A stretch of 64,000 nt of DNA from an uncultured Thermoplasmata archaeon (GTDB taxonomy: Archaea > Thermoplasmatota > Thermoplasmata > UBA10834): assembly GCA_963719945.1 (NCBI GenBank), contig CAVRDX010000001.1, forward strand, positions 160,001 through 224,000. Direction: 5' to 3'. The position numbers and the translations under genes were made by a program. The notes below the pieces were generated by a model. That model was not told the DNA's origin. It saw only the letters and a program-made list of their open reading frames with translations, and did not search any database. Of the stretch, positions 29,425 to 40,700 are shown one piece after another; position 1 is the first letter of the stretch, and every line of letters begins with the position of its first letter.

Positions 29425-30967
29425 TCCTCATAAGGATCGGTATTCCGAGAGCGAATGCGAGGTCGTTCTTGATGTAGAAGTAGACTGGGTCGATGCTGTC
29501 CTCGAACAGGTCCAGCACAGTATCGTTCCCGCTGCCGATGTACCTGGGCAATATCATCGAGTAGTTGTTCTCGCGGAGGTATGAGGTCAGTCCTCCTATG
29601 TCCTTGAGCCGGAAACAAACGACTACCACGGATACATTGTATTCGTCGATCGCGTTCGTCACGTCGTCTAATGTCAGCTGCGGATATCGCCTATATGCGA
29701 CATTGGCTACCTGCGGTGGTGTGAGCGCATCGGCCTGGGTCGCTATCAACGGGTCGCCACAGATTACCCATGTGTCGTTGCCTGTGAGGTTCTCGATGCT
29801 GTCCGTTATGTCTCGTAGCATCTCTGCATAAGTTATCTCAGACGGCTCCCCCTGGGCAGCGATACCGTAGAACGCTAGACCTGCTGATGCGACCACATCC
29901 ATGAGTATGACGGCTGCCGCGAAGCGTCTCATTGCAGTGTTCTTTTTCAGCATCTTCCTGAGGTTGGTCCTCCTTTTGACGCCTTTTTTAGTCCTTACCG
30001 TCTCGGCGGTCACTACACCCGCAAGTATGGCGAGGGAAGGACTCATCAGGACCAGGTGATGGAAGAAGACCAATGGTTGAATGATCATCAGGAGCAACAG
30101 AACCGCGGAGACGACCATGAGGAGTCGTATCTCTCGTCCCGCGGACCATAAGCTGCGCGCGTAGATGAGCGGGAGTATGTATGACAGGTTCAATCCGAGG
30201 TATGCCAGGACTGCGAACTTCAGGAACGGCTCGAAATCCCTGTGGGTCTGGTTGAATATCATGCCCTGGAGCATCGCTGAGGTGTCCAGGACAACCAGGA
30301 AAAGGACCAGTGGCACTATTGATGCTGAGACGAACAGAGTCATGTCCATGACTCTCTTCGAGGCAAGGGGTCTCTCCTTGATCACTTCGAAGATGAAGAA
30401 CAGCAGTACGCCCACGACTCCGAAGGCTCCCAAGAGTTTCACCGATGCGGATACCCCCATCAGCATCCCTCCGACGACAAGGGCCACCCTGCTCTCTTTC
30501 TGGATGTAATGGATGAGGGCCAAGAACGAGAACGCCAGGAAGTAACTGGCCATTCCGTCGAGCGAGTACAGTCGGGACTCTCTGAGAAACGCGAAATCGA
30601 CCGCGAGGAAGAGCCCGGTCGCGAGCATGGCTATGTCTCCGCTGATACGCCTGGCCGCGGCCATGCATGCGATGATCGCAAATATCGATAGCGCGGCTTC
30701 CAGCGAACGAAGTGTGACGACATCTCCGCTGAATATCGCGCCGATGTAGAATGCGAGCGGCGCTTGATCGCATGGGAGTTCAGTGTAGAGTTCGAACCCG
30801 TAGTCTATGAGCAACGACCGCTGAAGCATCACACCCTCGTCGACGCCGTTGTTGGAGAAGCTCCAGCCGATATGATAGAATCTGATCGAAGCTGCGAGCA
30901 GTATTATCAGGCCCGCTGCTATGAGCACGTTCCGCCTGTTCTCGGTCAGGCGTTCGAGCAATCTCAT
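29414..30967 (-). CDS. GT-C fold (ArnT/PMT-like) membrane glycosyltransferase
   Basis: First TM followed by a DEG motif, QAPL, R....DG, S..K, multiple TM helices and a C-terminal external domain. Confidence 0.8.
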   Translation of the reverse strand: MRLLERLTENRRNVLIAAGLIILLAASIRFYHIGWSFSNNGVDEGVMLQRSLLIDYGFELYTELPCDQAPLAFYIGAIFSGDVVTLRSLEAALSIFAIIACMAAARRISGDIAMLATGLFLAVDFAFLRESRLYSLDGMASYFLAFSFLALIHYIQKESRVALVVGGMLMGVSASVKLLGAFGVVGVLLFFIFEVIKERPLASKRVMDMTLFVSASIVPLVLFLVVLDTSAMLQGMIFNQTHRDFEPFLKFAVLAYLGLNLSYILPLIYARSLWSAGREIRLLMVVSAVLLLLMIIQPLVFFHHLVLMSPSLAILAGVVTAETVRTKKGVKRRTNLRKMLKKNTAMRRFAAAVILMDVVASAGLAFYGIAAQGEPSEITYAEMLRDITDSIENLTGNDTWVICGDPLIATQADALTPPQVANVAYRRYPQLTLDDVTNAIDEYNVSVVVVCFRLKDIGGLTSYLRENNYSMILPRYIGSGNDTVLDLFEDSIDPVYFYIKNDLAFALGIPILMRIKP

Positions 30968-31027
30968 CTGGTCACTCCTTCGCCCGTATCCGAACCGTCG
31001 TAAATCTGTATATGATGTGCAGTCTTC

Positions 31028-32224
31028 TCAGAGGAATTCCTGGAATTCCTTGACGAGTTCCGGATACCTATCCTCAATCGCCTTCAGTATCGCGAGCGTG
31101 GACATCTTCTCCACGCCCACTTCATTCAATGTCGCGATCACCTTGTCGAAAGTCTCGTCAGATAGAGTGACGAGCTTCTCCTTGGCGAGCCAGTTCCTGT
31201 AGAGTTGGTTCTCTATCAGGTTGCGCCAGCCGTTCTCGTATCGCATGAGCGACTTCTCGCTGAAGTCGTTCTCCCGGGTTGCCTTTGCGAGGACCTCCCC
31301 CGCGACCTTCCCCGACTTGCATGAGTTCGATATCCCTCCACCGGTGATCGGGTCGATCTGTCTGGCAGCGTCACCGACGAGGAGGATTCCATCGCCTATC
31401 GTCTTTTCGATAGGAGCACATATCGAAACCGCACCGCTTACCAATTCCAATGGCTTCCCCTTCCTCAGTCTGGGATCGCCCTGGATGAACTTGTCCAGAT
31501 GCTTCTTGACATCAGCTATCTCATGCAACTTCGTGAGTTGCATTCCGATTCCGACATTGGCGGTATCTTCGTTCTTCGGGAACAACCAGATGTATCCTCC
31601 CGGCGCTTTGCTCCCGAGCACGAATTCGCAGTATTCGTGTTCGATATCGATGTTTGTGAGTCTGTACTGGAAGCAGGTGGTGATGTCCCTGGGCGCAAGG
31701 CTGGTGTCGATGCCTGCCCATCTGCCAACCTGTGATTCGAAGCCATCGGCCGCGACGACGCAGCCGCAGCTGATATCTCTGGAACCGTCCATCGAATTCA
31801 CGTGCACTCCCACGACCTTGCCACCTTCCTTGATGAGCTTTGTCGCAGAGGCTTTGAGCTGAAGGTCTGCGCCCGCTTTTATGGCATCTCTCGCGAGCTG
31901 CTTGTCGAAGAAGACTCGGTCGATAACGATGCCGACCTCGTCTCCTGCCATCTTCTCTCCCAAGTAGAACGGAGTGCCATTTGGTGCGACGAGTTTGGCG
32001 CCCTTGACCTCCCATGCCACGCTCTTCTTGTCGAGCTTGAGTCCGACGGAGTCGTGCCATGCCCTGGAGATCCCTTCGCCGCATCTGACGGGAGAACCGA
32101 TCTCCTGGCGCTTCTCTACCATAAGGACTCGAGCTCCATTCTTGGCTGCCCATTTCGCAGTCATGGAACCGGCCGGTCCAGCACCCACGATCACAATATC
32201 ATAGTCCCGCTTCATATCAGGCAC
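31028..32224 (-). CDS. Digeranylgeranylglycerophospholipid (geranylgeranyl) reductase
   Basis: GAGPAGS, EKRQEIGSPVRCGEG, PGGYIWLFPK, GDAA...PITGGGI. Confidence 0.92.
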   Translation of the reverse strand: MPDMKRDYDIVIVGAGPAGSMTAKWAAKNGARVLMVEKRQEIGSPVRCGEGISRAWHDSVGLKLDKKSVAWEVKGAKLVAPNGTPFYLGEKMAGDEVGIVIDRVFFDKQLARDAIKAGADLQLKASATKLIKEGGKVVGVHVNSMDGSRDISCGCVVAADGFESQVGRWAGIDTSLAPRDITTCFQYRLTNIDIEHEYCEFVLGSKAPGGYIWLFPKNEDTANVGIGMQLTKLHEIADVKKHLDKFIQGDPRLRKGKPLELVSGAVSICAPIEKTIGDGILLVGDAARQIDPITGGGISNSCKSGKVAGEVLAKATRENDFSEKSLMRYENGWRNLIENQLYRNWLAKEKLVTLSDETFDKVIATLNEVGVEKMSTLAILKAIEDRYPELVKEFQEFL

Positions 32225-32414
32225 TCTCCACGAGCTTGATCGCGCCTACTGGGCACGCCTTTATGCACCTCTTGCACAAAGTACAGCTGTCGTTGAATTC
32301 AAGGACTACCTCTCTCAGGTAGATGGCGTTCTGGGGGCACGATCCCACGCAGGCACCGCAGTGCATGCACTTGTCTATGTTGACTTCGAATTCATCGAGT
32401 TGGTCCTTCTTCAA
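32217..32414 (-). CDS. 2x[4Fe-4S] ferredoxin
   Basis: CMHCGACVGSCP and CTLCKRCIKACP. Confidence 0.92.
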   Translation of the reverse strand: MKKDQLDEFEVNIDKCMHCGACVGSCPQNAIYLREVVLEFNDSCTLCKRCIKACPVGAIKLVESA

Positions 32415-32425
32415 AGATAATCACC

Positions 32426-33979
32426 TCACGTGTACTGATCACCGTGTCTCTTCCTCCACTCGTCCAATGGGATGGAGAAGCGCTTCTCCACATCGGTCCT
32501 GTACACTGGACCAGAGTTGTAGGCGCAGAAAGGAATCAGCTTCATGTCTGGAGTGGTGTAATGAATGCTGCATCTCTTCACCCTCTCGACATCGTAGTTA
32601 TACGAGTCCATGAAGTGCATCGCGCCGACATACATCATGTTCCAGCTGAACTTGGACAATCCCTTTTTCGTATCCTCTGAGAAGACCCGCTTGAGCACGT
32701 TCAGGAACTCCATTACGTTCATGCCTTCGGGCAGCTGGTCCTTCTTGATATGTTCCTTGATCAGGTTGTATGCCTTGACTTTCGTGAACAGCTGGACCTT
32801 CTTACCGCTCGCCTTCTTCGCCAGCTCGTATAGTTCCGCGAACAGCGAATCGACATCTATGAATTTCGTGAGCGGGACCACATGTTCGTTGTCCTTCACG
32901 AAGAGGTAAGTCGCGAGCCCACAGTGCGTGTGGTTCGTGAAGGTGACCATGTTCCTACCGGCGATGGCACCGACGAGTTCGGATACTGCCACGACTGTTG
33001 GTACGGGGTACCAGTCGGATGCCTTGATCTTGCCACCCGATTGTCTCTCCACATCGTGAATGAGGTCCGTGAGCGTGTATCTCCCCTTCACCAGCTCCTC
33101 ACGTGTCATCCTCCCGGTGAACGCGACGGGCTGGAAATTGACCCCTCTGATGACATCCATATTCTTCAGGGCATAATCGAGTATGGGCCATACCTGGTCA
33201 TCGTTGACCTCTTTGACTATCGTGGGGACCAGGACGATCGATGGGTGCGTCGACAGCTGTCTGAAGTTCTCAACTACCTTCTGTTTCGTCGCGAGGAGGT
33301 CCTTCCCTCTCGCCCTCTCGTAGATCTCGGACTTCATGCCATCGAACTGCAGGTACAATGTGTTGAGACCTGCCTCGCTGGCCTTCTTGCAGAACTCAAG
33401 GCTCTTTGCGAATTCTATGCCGTTCGTCGCTGCTTGGACCTGTGCGAACCCCATCTCTCTGGCAGCCTTTATGACATCGAAGAACCGTGGGTAGATCGTC
33501 GGTTCCCCGCCGGAGAACTGGACCGCTGGGCATGGCACTGGCCTCTGCGATCGCAGGAGCTTGAGCATTTTAATGACGGTGTCATAATCTGGTTCGTATA
33601 CGTAACCTGCAGAATTGGCGTTGGCGAAGCAGATCGGACACTTCAGGTTGCATCTGTTGGTAAGGTCGAGGTTGGCAAGCGCCGTGTGGCTAAGGTGAAG
33701 GTCGCAGAGGCCGCAGTCGAACGGGCACTGCTTCGCCTTCGGTATTGCGGGGTCAATGACTCCCACTCCATCCTTTGCCCACTTCTCGACCCTCAGGTAT
33801 GTCTTAACATCGGACCAGACGACATCCTTGAAACTGCCGTGCTGCGGGCAAGTCTTCTCCATAACGACCTTTCCGCCATCTTCGCGGATGGTCGCTTGAA
33901 TGATAGACAGACATTCTGGACACAGGCTCTCCGTGGTCTTTGGCAAGCCTTTTGCTAACGTTGAGTCTTTTGTCAGCAT
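32426..33979 (-). CDS. tes: Tetraether lipid synthase (radical SAM, MJ0619/Tes family)
   Basis: SLCPEC...KTCPQHG, CPFDCGLC..H, LTNRCNLKCPICFA, C-terminal RCSIHY...IPFCAYN; ATG at 33979. Confidence 0.88.
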   Translation of the reverse strand: MLTKDSTLAKGLPKTTESLCPECLSIIQATIREDGGKVVMEKTCPQHGSFKDVVWSDVKTYLRVEKWAKDGVGVIDPAIPKAKQCPFDCGLCDLHLSHTALANLDLTNRCNLKCPICFANANSAGYVYEPDYDTVIKMLKLLRSQRPVPCPAVQFSGGEPTIYPRFFDVIKAAREMGFAQVQAATNGIEFAKSLEFCKKASEAGLNTLYLQFDGMKSEIYERARGKDLLATKQKVVENFRQLSTHPSIVLVPTIVKEVNDDQVWPILDYALKNMDVIRGVNFQPVAFTGRMTREELVKGRYTLTDLIHDVERQSGGKIKASDWYPVPTVVAVSELVGAIAGRNMVTFTNHTHCGLATYLFVKDNEHVVPLTKFIDVDSLFAELYELAKKASGKKVQLFTKVKAYNLIKEHIKKDQLPEGMNVMEFLNVLKRVFSEDTKKGLSKFSWNMMYVGAMHFMDSYNYDVERVKRCSIHYTTPDMKLIPFCAYNSGPVYRTDVEKRFSIPLDEWRKRHGDQYT

Positions 33980-34047
33980 GATATCCCTATCCCGGAGATA
34001 GATTTTCAGGCGATGATTTATACCTTGTGTAGCTATTACGGCTACAA

Positions 34048-34794
34048 ATGGACCTAAAAGCGACCATTGCACGGCTTGGAGGCAATGCTGACGAGCTCAT
34101 GGCCGAGTACACTAGGATATCTGGAGCACTCTCCAAATTCGGTTTATCGGATTACGAATCGAGGGCTTACATCGCTCTCGTGGCGCTCGGCCCTTCTTCT
34201 GCCAATTTTGTAGCGGACGTTGCGCAGATTCCGAGGACATCTTCGTACAAAGTCATGATATCCCTCATGGAGAAGGGTTTTGTTCAAACGAAACAGGGCA
34301 GGCCTCGAATATTCTCTCCAATTCCTCCGTCGGATCTCTCAGAACGATTCATCGCGGAGATCAAGGAGTCATTCTCAAAGATCAACTCTGTTCGTAACAT
34401 ACTCTCCGACAAAGGCATCCCCCAGCTGGTCTACACCATATTGGGAAAGGATCGAGTGCTCGACAAGATCGGTGAGATGATAGACAAGGCGGAGCACACC
34501 TTCGTAATATCCTCCCCATCGTTTCCCGCAATCAGAAGACGTCTGGGCAAGAGGTTCGGGAGCGCCGTTAGCAGAGGGGTCCATGTGAAGGTCATAACAA
34601 CACCTTTCGTCAAAGCTCCAAAGGATATCGAGGTCGTCCGCAGGGAGGGTCTGATCGCCACGGATGTGATCAGTGATGGCAAGGCCGCCCTCCTGGCAGC
34701 TGCCGATCTCTCGGCTTGTGGGTATACGGATAACGAGTCGCTCGCCGCGCACCTCGAGGAATTTCTGAGGATTATGTCCGACCGTCAATCCTAA
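34048..34794 (+). CDS. TrmB family transcriptional regulator
   Basis: FGLSDYESRAYIAL...IPRTSSYKVMISL..KG...GRPRIF. Confidence 0.9.
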   Translation: MDLKATIARLGGNADELMAEYTRISGALSKFGLSDYESRAYIALVALGPSSANFVADVAQIPRTSSYKVMISLMEKGFVQTKQGRPRIFSPIPPSDLSERFIAEIKESFSKINSVRNILSDKGIPQLVYTILGKDRVLDKIGEMIDKAEHTFVISSPSFPAIRRRLGKRFGSAVSRGVHVKVITTPFVKAPKDIEVVRREGLIATDVISDGKAALLAAADLSACGYTDNESLAAHLEEFLRIMSDRQS

Positions 34795-34884
34795 CCTCTC
34801 ATGGTTCATGTTTGTCCTATGCCGGCGCCTTGAACAAGCAAAATTATTATAGCTATATGTCGGATTGCAGTCAGTACTCCTGAA

Positions 34885-34902
34885 ATGGACATAAATGTCC
34901 AT
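34885..34902. promoter_or_regulatory. 8-2-8 inverted repeat upstream of clostripain copy 3
   Basis: ATGGACAT-aa-ATGTCCAT. Confidence 0.45.
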
Positions 34903-34929
34903 CGAATGGATACTAACGGGGGAAGAGAA

Positions 34930-36327
34930 ATGAGAAGAGCACCAACTTGCGTTTTGATTATGGGTTTGTTGCTGTCCGCTTCGATGGCGATGACTGGCAT
35001 AATTGCGAATGCTGGCACCGCCCCGAAAGCTGTAGAAGAAGGACCTGGTTCATGGACCGTCTTCGTCTACTTGGACGGGGATAACAACCTTGAGAGCTAT
35101 GCGATTGACGATCTGCTCGAGATGGAATCCGTAGGATCCACGGATGATGTGACCATAATCGTGCTTCTGGATACTTTGACATATGTGGAAGGCACCCACT
35201 GGCTTTTGATCGAGAAAGGCGTATCGCACTACGATGCCGAGAGCCAGGAGCTGGACTGCGATTGCGATTTGTTCCCTGAAGTAGACTGCCCAGACGAGGT
35301 TGACATGGGCGATGGCACAAAGTTGACTTGGGCCGTCGTGACTGCGTTCACATTCGCTCCAGCTGATTACTACATGCTCGTGCTCTGGGACCACGGCGGT
35401 GGATGGAGAGGCGTCTGCTACGATGACAGCTCCCCTGCAATCGGCACGGATGGCTGGGTATCAAGGCTGACGACTCCTGAGACTGCTGCCTCATTGGCGG
35501 CTGCTCAAACCGAGCTTAGGAAGGGTGTGGACAAGGATTACAAGCTGACAATCCTCGGCTACGATGCCTGTCTGAACGCAATGATCGAGGTCATCTACGA
35601 AAACCGGTATATCGCGGACTACATGTTCGCATCGATCAACCTCGTGCCTGGTCCGGGAATGGGTTATGCTGGGTTCCTGGAAGTGATGACTGAGGATTCG
35701 CCAACGGTTCAGGAAGTAGGGATTGCCGTCGTTGATTCATATGTCGACTTCTACGAGAACCTGGTCTCTGAGTCGGGACAGGGCACTGAGTATTGTGCCG
35801 ATGTGACGCTTTCATTCGTGCGTCTCGGAGAGCCCGTGACGAACCTGGTCAAGGGCATCAACGCGCTGGCGAAGGAGATGTTCGTGGGCAGCTATCTGAA
35901 CGACAGCCGCTACAGAGGTGCGATCGAATCCGCTGAATCGCAGACTCCGAGGATACCCACATATGAGGGTGAGCAGCTGCCGTTCATAGACCTCGGTTTG
36001 TACGCTGAACTCCTGGGGCAGAAGATACCAGAGCTTCTCCCGCTGACCACCACGATTGTGAATGGTGTGGATGACGTCGTCGTGTATGAGAACCATGTGA
36101 CCGCTGCTGGCGGAGGCATACTCAGAACCTCGGGTATATCGATATACTTCACATGCTGCAGCCACTGGATCAACCCTGCATATTGGTTCGAGGACATCGA
36201 GGACGCCGAACTCTACGGCCTGAACACGCTCTATTACGGCATGGCCTTCACCGTAGATACCTGGTGGGACGAGATGGTATTCACGTTCACACAGGCCTAT
36301 GACGAGAGCGTGCTAGACTTCGACTAA
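34930..36327 (+). CDS. Secreted clostripain-family protease, copy 3
   Basis: Signal peptide, WTVFVYLDGDNNLE, LWDHGGGW, YDACL, GISIYF. Confidence 0.9.
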   Translation: MRRAPTCVLIMGLLLSASMAMTGIIANAGTAPKAVEEGPGSWTVFVYLDGDNNLESYAIDDLLEMESVGSTDDVTIIVLLDTLTYVEGTHWLLIEKGVSHYDAESQELDCDCDLFPEVDCPDEVDMGDGTKLTWAVVTAFTFAPADYYMLVLWDHGGGWRGVCYDDSSPAIGTDGWVSRLTTPETAASLAAAQTELRKGVDKDYKLTILGYDACLNAMIEVIYENRYIADYMFASINLVPGPGMGYAGFLEVMTEDSPTVQEVGIAVVDSYVDFYENLVSESGQGTEYCADVTLSFVRLGEPVTNLVKGINALAKEMFVGSYLNDSRYRGAIESAESQTPRIPTYEGEQLPFIDLGLYAELLGQKIPELLPLTTTIVNGVDDVVVYENHVTAAGGGILRTSGISIYFTCCSHWINPAYWFEDIEDAELYGLNTLYYGMAFTVDTWWDEMVFTFTQAYDESVLDFD

Positions 36328-36333
36328 ACGATC

Positions 36334-36372
36334 AAAAACCGTGCGGCTGTGAGGCCGCACATCTTATTTTCC
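36334..36372. terminator. Probable bidirectional terminator between convergent genes
   Basis: A-tract, then GTGCGGC-tgtgag-GCCGCAC hairpin (36341-36360), then a T-rich tract. Confidence 0.6.
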
Positions 36373-36394
36373 TTATCCTTCTAACACCGAAAGG

Positions 36395-37660
36395 TCACTT
36401 GCTCGAGAGAGGCCAACCTCGTTTGCCCCCCTTCTTGTTCTCCGCCTTGATTATGGTCTTGATGAGGAAGGGGGCGTATATTGTCGTGGCTATCGATACG
36501 AGGACTATGATGGAGTAGATGTCGTTGCCAATAGTCCCCATGTTCAGGCCGATCATGGCCACTACGATACCCACTTCTCCTCTGGGTACCATGCCCGCTC
36601 CGACTATGAGCGCAGTCTTCTCGCCCCTTTTCGCAGCGCCGAGGCCGCAGCCGATTAGCTTGCTCAGGATGGCGACCACCGTCAGGATGATCGCGTACGG
36701 TGCTATGGCAGAGAAATTGCCGAAATCGACTCTCGCACCCATGACCACGAAGAAGAACGGGATCAGGAGCACGTTCAGCGGCTCGAACTTGCGTTCCAAT
36801 TCGTAAGTGTCTTTAGTGTCTGAGAATATGAGTCCAGCGAAGAACGCGCCGATTATGGCTGCCAGACCGACGAACGATGCCGCTGCTGAGAGGAAGAAGA
36901 TGACTATCAGGATGATTACGAAGGGCGCCTCCTTCTGAACGAGTTTGTCGAACCAGCTGTCCCTCTTGAATGCCCTTGTCGAGTAGTGGATGGCCCATGT
37001 GCCGTTGACATTCTTGTCATGCCTTATCTCTCTCTTGCCCGAAGCGTACTTCACTATTCTCGTTCCCAGAATGGTCACGATGGCGACGAAGCACACTGCT
37101 TCTGCGATGACGATGACGACATTAAGTGTGGTCAGGCTTCCAGCTGCGGTTCCAGATACGAGCGTGAGGACGATCATCGCGAGTATGTCGTCTATGACTG
37201 CGGCACCAAGGATGATCTTCGCCTCCTGCGAATTGATCATCTTGAGGTCCTGCAACACCCTTGCAGTGATTCCTACGCTCGTTGCGACCAGCGCGGCGCC
37301 GATGAACATCGCCTCAATCGATGAGGCAAACAATAGCAGCGAAACGTAATAACCCATGATGAACGGGACGATGACACCGAGCACTGCGACTGATGCTGCG
37401 ATCATCCCGACCTTCCTAAGATCTGAGAGCTTGGTCTCCATACCTACTGAGAACAGGAGGAATGTCGCGCCAAGCTGGGCAAGCACATCGAAGAAAGCGT
37501 CCTCCTCAGTGATGAGACACAATATCGACGGGCCCAGTATCACCCCTGCCATCAGCTCGCCCGTCACGGCTGGCATTCTCATTCGTTCCATGATCTCGCC
37601 GCCGACCTTCGCAGCAAGAAACGCTACGAAGATCAGAAGGAGAGTCTGTTCAGTCTCCAC
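36395..37660 (-). CDS. CPA2 family cation:proton antiporter
   Basis: GELMAGVILGP, ATSVGIT, GAAVIDD, GMVPRGEV. Confidence 0.92.
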   Translation of the reverse strand: METEQTLLLIFVAFLAAKVGGEIMERMRMPAVTGELMAGVILGPSILCLITEEDAFFDVLAQLGATFLLFSVGMETKLSDLRKVGMIAASVAVLGVIVPFIMGYYVSLLLFASSIEAMFIGAALVATSVGITARVLQDLKMINSQEAKIILGAAVIDDILAMIVLTLVSGTAAGSLTTLNVVIVIAEAVCFVAIVTILGTRIVKYASGKREIRHDKNVNGTWAIHYSTRAFKRDSWFDKLVQKEAPFVIILIVIFFLSAAASFVGLAAIIGAFFAGLIFSDTKDTYELERKFEPLNVLLIPFFFVVMGARVDFGNFSAIAPYAIILTVVAILSKLIGCGLGAAKRGEKTALIVGAGMVPRGEVGIVVAMIGLNMGTIGNDIYSIIVLVSIATTIYAPFLIKTIIKAENKKGGKRGWPLSSK

Positions 37661-37796
37661 TGCATCCCATCCGAGGATTGAATATCATAATCCGTATTTA
37701 ATTGTGAGCCAGTGGTTCGCGACTACGCCTTACACTCCTGGTATGCTGCATGTAGTTGGAGGGGTTTACACTCGACCGATATCTCAGCTTCATGGG

Positions 37797-40700
37797 ATGA
37801 CTATGAGATATCTGATCTCCAATTCGGGTGCGCGCAGCAAAGAGCGCCATCGACTAACGAGCGATAGATCCGCTCAAATCTCGTTCTCAGTAATCGCTGT
37901 CGTGATCCTTCTTGCATCTACGGCGTCTGGTCTCTATATCGCGAAGAGGGAGATTGATCGCCTATCCGACGAGCGAAGGGTCGAGATGATTCGGTCAATG
38001 GATGCAGCCATATCCGAGGTAAACACCGAATTGGGGCTATTCGCTTCCACAAAGGCCAATGAACTACTCTCGAGTTGGGACGAATATCCGGTGAACGAGT
38101 CTCTGATATCCGAAGAATATTCTCGCATGGTCGAGGCATACATCCTCGATTCGTTCCCTCGAGATCGAAGCGCATTCAGAATCGATGTCCATAACTGGTC
38201 CGGATCCCTATTCTTTGCCGAAAAGAGGACCTTAGATCTCTTGTCTGCAGACGATGGCAAGTCGGCCGAAGTAACGATTGATGGCCAATCGATGGAGTAC
38301 GAAGCCCTTCCAGCTCCATCGGACGACTCCATTGGAGAACAGACGGTGAATCCTTACTACATCGTCATAGGCAACTTCTCGGTCTCTGTCCAGGCTGACG
38401 ATTGTGTCCTCGCCCGGGACGAGTGCTTCGAGAAGCCTTTGCTGTCCGCACTGCCGTTCCTCGAATCCAAGTTGCGTGCATTCGAGATGGCGTCCTCCGG
38501 AGAGTACTCGGACATCGGGAAGATGGTGATGTACATGTTGACGACGCTGTCTCAGTATAGAGTCCTTGACGGTTTCGGCGTGCCCCTGTACTCCAACGGT
38601 TCCACATCAGACATGATCCTCACGGAAGAGGATGTGTACCGTGCGGTGACCGTCGCGTTGCTTCTGGAGCAGGCAAGACTGTTTCGGTCGATCGATGGTT
38701 CCTTTGCTGCAGAGGTGGTCGATGCCTGCGGAGGTAGCATGCTGGGCCTGCTTGCCTTGATGTCGTGCTCGGGCTGCTCGCTCGATCCTGCAGAGCTATT
38801 CCTTTGGTTCCTCGGCTTGAGAGAGCTCCAGCTGGATCCGACAATCGTGATGGCACAGGCCATTGCTGGTATTGCGGACATGCTGGTGGTCAAATACATG
38901 GATTATCTAGGATTCCTGGGATTGTTCGAGGTGGCGGACGAGGTGTTGGAATCGATATCCGATTCCGTCGACAGCGTGATGGAGTTCTTGACTGGGGAGG
39001 ATGATTCCGCTGATGCCGTTTGTTCGTGGATGGAGCGGAGTCTTGAGATCATCGGCTACTCCCCACGGCTCTACACTGAGACATTCTCAAGCGACTGTGA
39101 TTTCTTCGTTCCAGTTCCAGAGAGAGTATACTATGTCGAAGATGTCTCTGGCAATCTCTATCCCGTCTGGGTGGGAGGTATTCTAGCCGACGCGGACGTC
39201 CCCGAATACAACCTTCTGGAATCGGATATGTGGAGAGAATTCTATCCCGTCTTCAAGGAGTGCCAAGGGGAGGTCAAGGATATTCTGTATGATTGCGTCC
39301 AGAGGCTAGCTTTCGACCTCGCCTCCGCATCGTCCATGGACCTTAGCAGCTGTTCGGTCGATCCAAAGGACGGGATGGACGTGTTCTCATTGATGGCTGC
39401 TCATGCCGGCGATGTCACCGTATGTACCGACCCTGAAGCAGTCATGATTGCTGCCAGCACGTTGCCGTTGTATAGCACACAGTTCAAGATAGTTGATCGA
39501 TTCATCGATTTCATCGGCGATCATGAGTCGAGCATATTCCCTGAGGATCTTAGGACTGAGATGTATTCGAATATCGCATCTGTGGTCCTCGACAGCGCCC
39601 GATATGCGTACATACCTGATCTGGGTGTGTCCGTTCGTCAACAACTTGAGGAGATAGTCGAACACGATGTGATGTATGATGATGAATGGGGGGTGTCCGC
39701 ATCCGCCTCGTGGGATTACGACTCCATATGTTCCCTTTACATCGAATGTTTCGAGTCTGCGTTCAATCGGTCCATCGAGCAGGCGGACGATGAGTTCGTC
39801 GGTCCCCTGGTAGATTCATTCGCATCTATGCTCGCATACGGTGCCGGGGGCTTCCCCGGAATCGCGGATCTCCTGGAGATGCAGATCGAGTGCATGGCGA
39901 ATGCCACTTTGGCTCAGAGCCGCATCTCCTCGTACAAACGATCGGTCTATGTGGATATGGCCACTCCATTCGAGTTCTGGGATGGCGAGCGAGAGGCTGC
40001 TGATGAGATATCGTCCATCCTGAACGAGAGCCTCTCTCTCGTGGTCCAAGGAGGTCTCCCACCGCTCACCCAGGTGCCATACGATCCATCGATCGGATAC
40101 TCCTCGATCGAGCAGTTGTTCCCCACGGATGACATCTTGGTCCAGGTGAAGCGACCATGGGATTATGATCGCACCGAACAGGACTATCCGAACACTCACA
40201 TGACTTCGCTGTCTAATGCGTCCGCCACTCCATACTCCACGCAATGGCTGGTCTCAGCAAAGGGTCTCGTGGAGGTCGAGCTCTCGTCCGAGAGCTGCTC
40301 TCTTCTCTCATTGATCTGCGGTGAGGAGAGTTCTCGAGTGCAGATACTGGTGGACATATGCGTCCCGGTCGTGGTCCAATCATCATGGCCTTTGGACGGC
40401 GTAGACTACAATCCCACGAACACCGCGTTGACGGATGCCATCAATGCGGCGAGGAAGTTCTATGAGATACTATGGTCCAAGGTCGAACCACTTGTAGGGT
40501 GGATCAAGGATGGTATGGAGCGGCTATTCACATTCTTCCAGGATGCCTTCGAGACGCTCGCGGGATATGCAACACGTGTCCTCGCATTGGTGGCAAAAGC
40601 TGCTCAATCCATGGTCGAGCTACTTCAGGAATACATCCAGAAGTTCGCTGATTCTGCTTTGGCGAAAGCCGTCAAGCTGTTCATCGACCTTGTGGGGACC

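Noticed and set aside
32882-33958. Long antisense ORFs (e.g. 358 aa opposite tes; also 19269-20039, 30165-30509, 60351-60992)
   Set aside because: Shadow ORFs expected opposite GC-rich coding genes; no motifs.
37356-37796. N-terminal 147 aa of the 1625-aa ORF
   Set aside because: Mostly antisense to the CPA2 gene; the signal sequence points to a start at 37797 or 37803.
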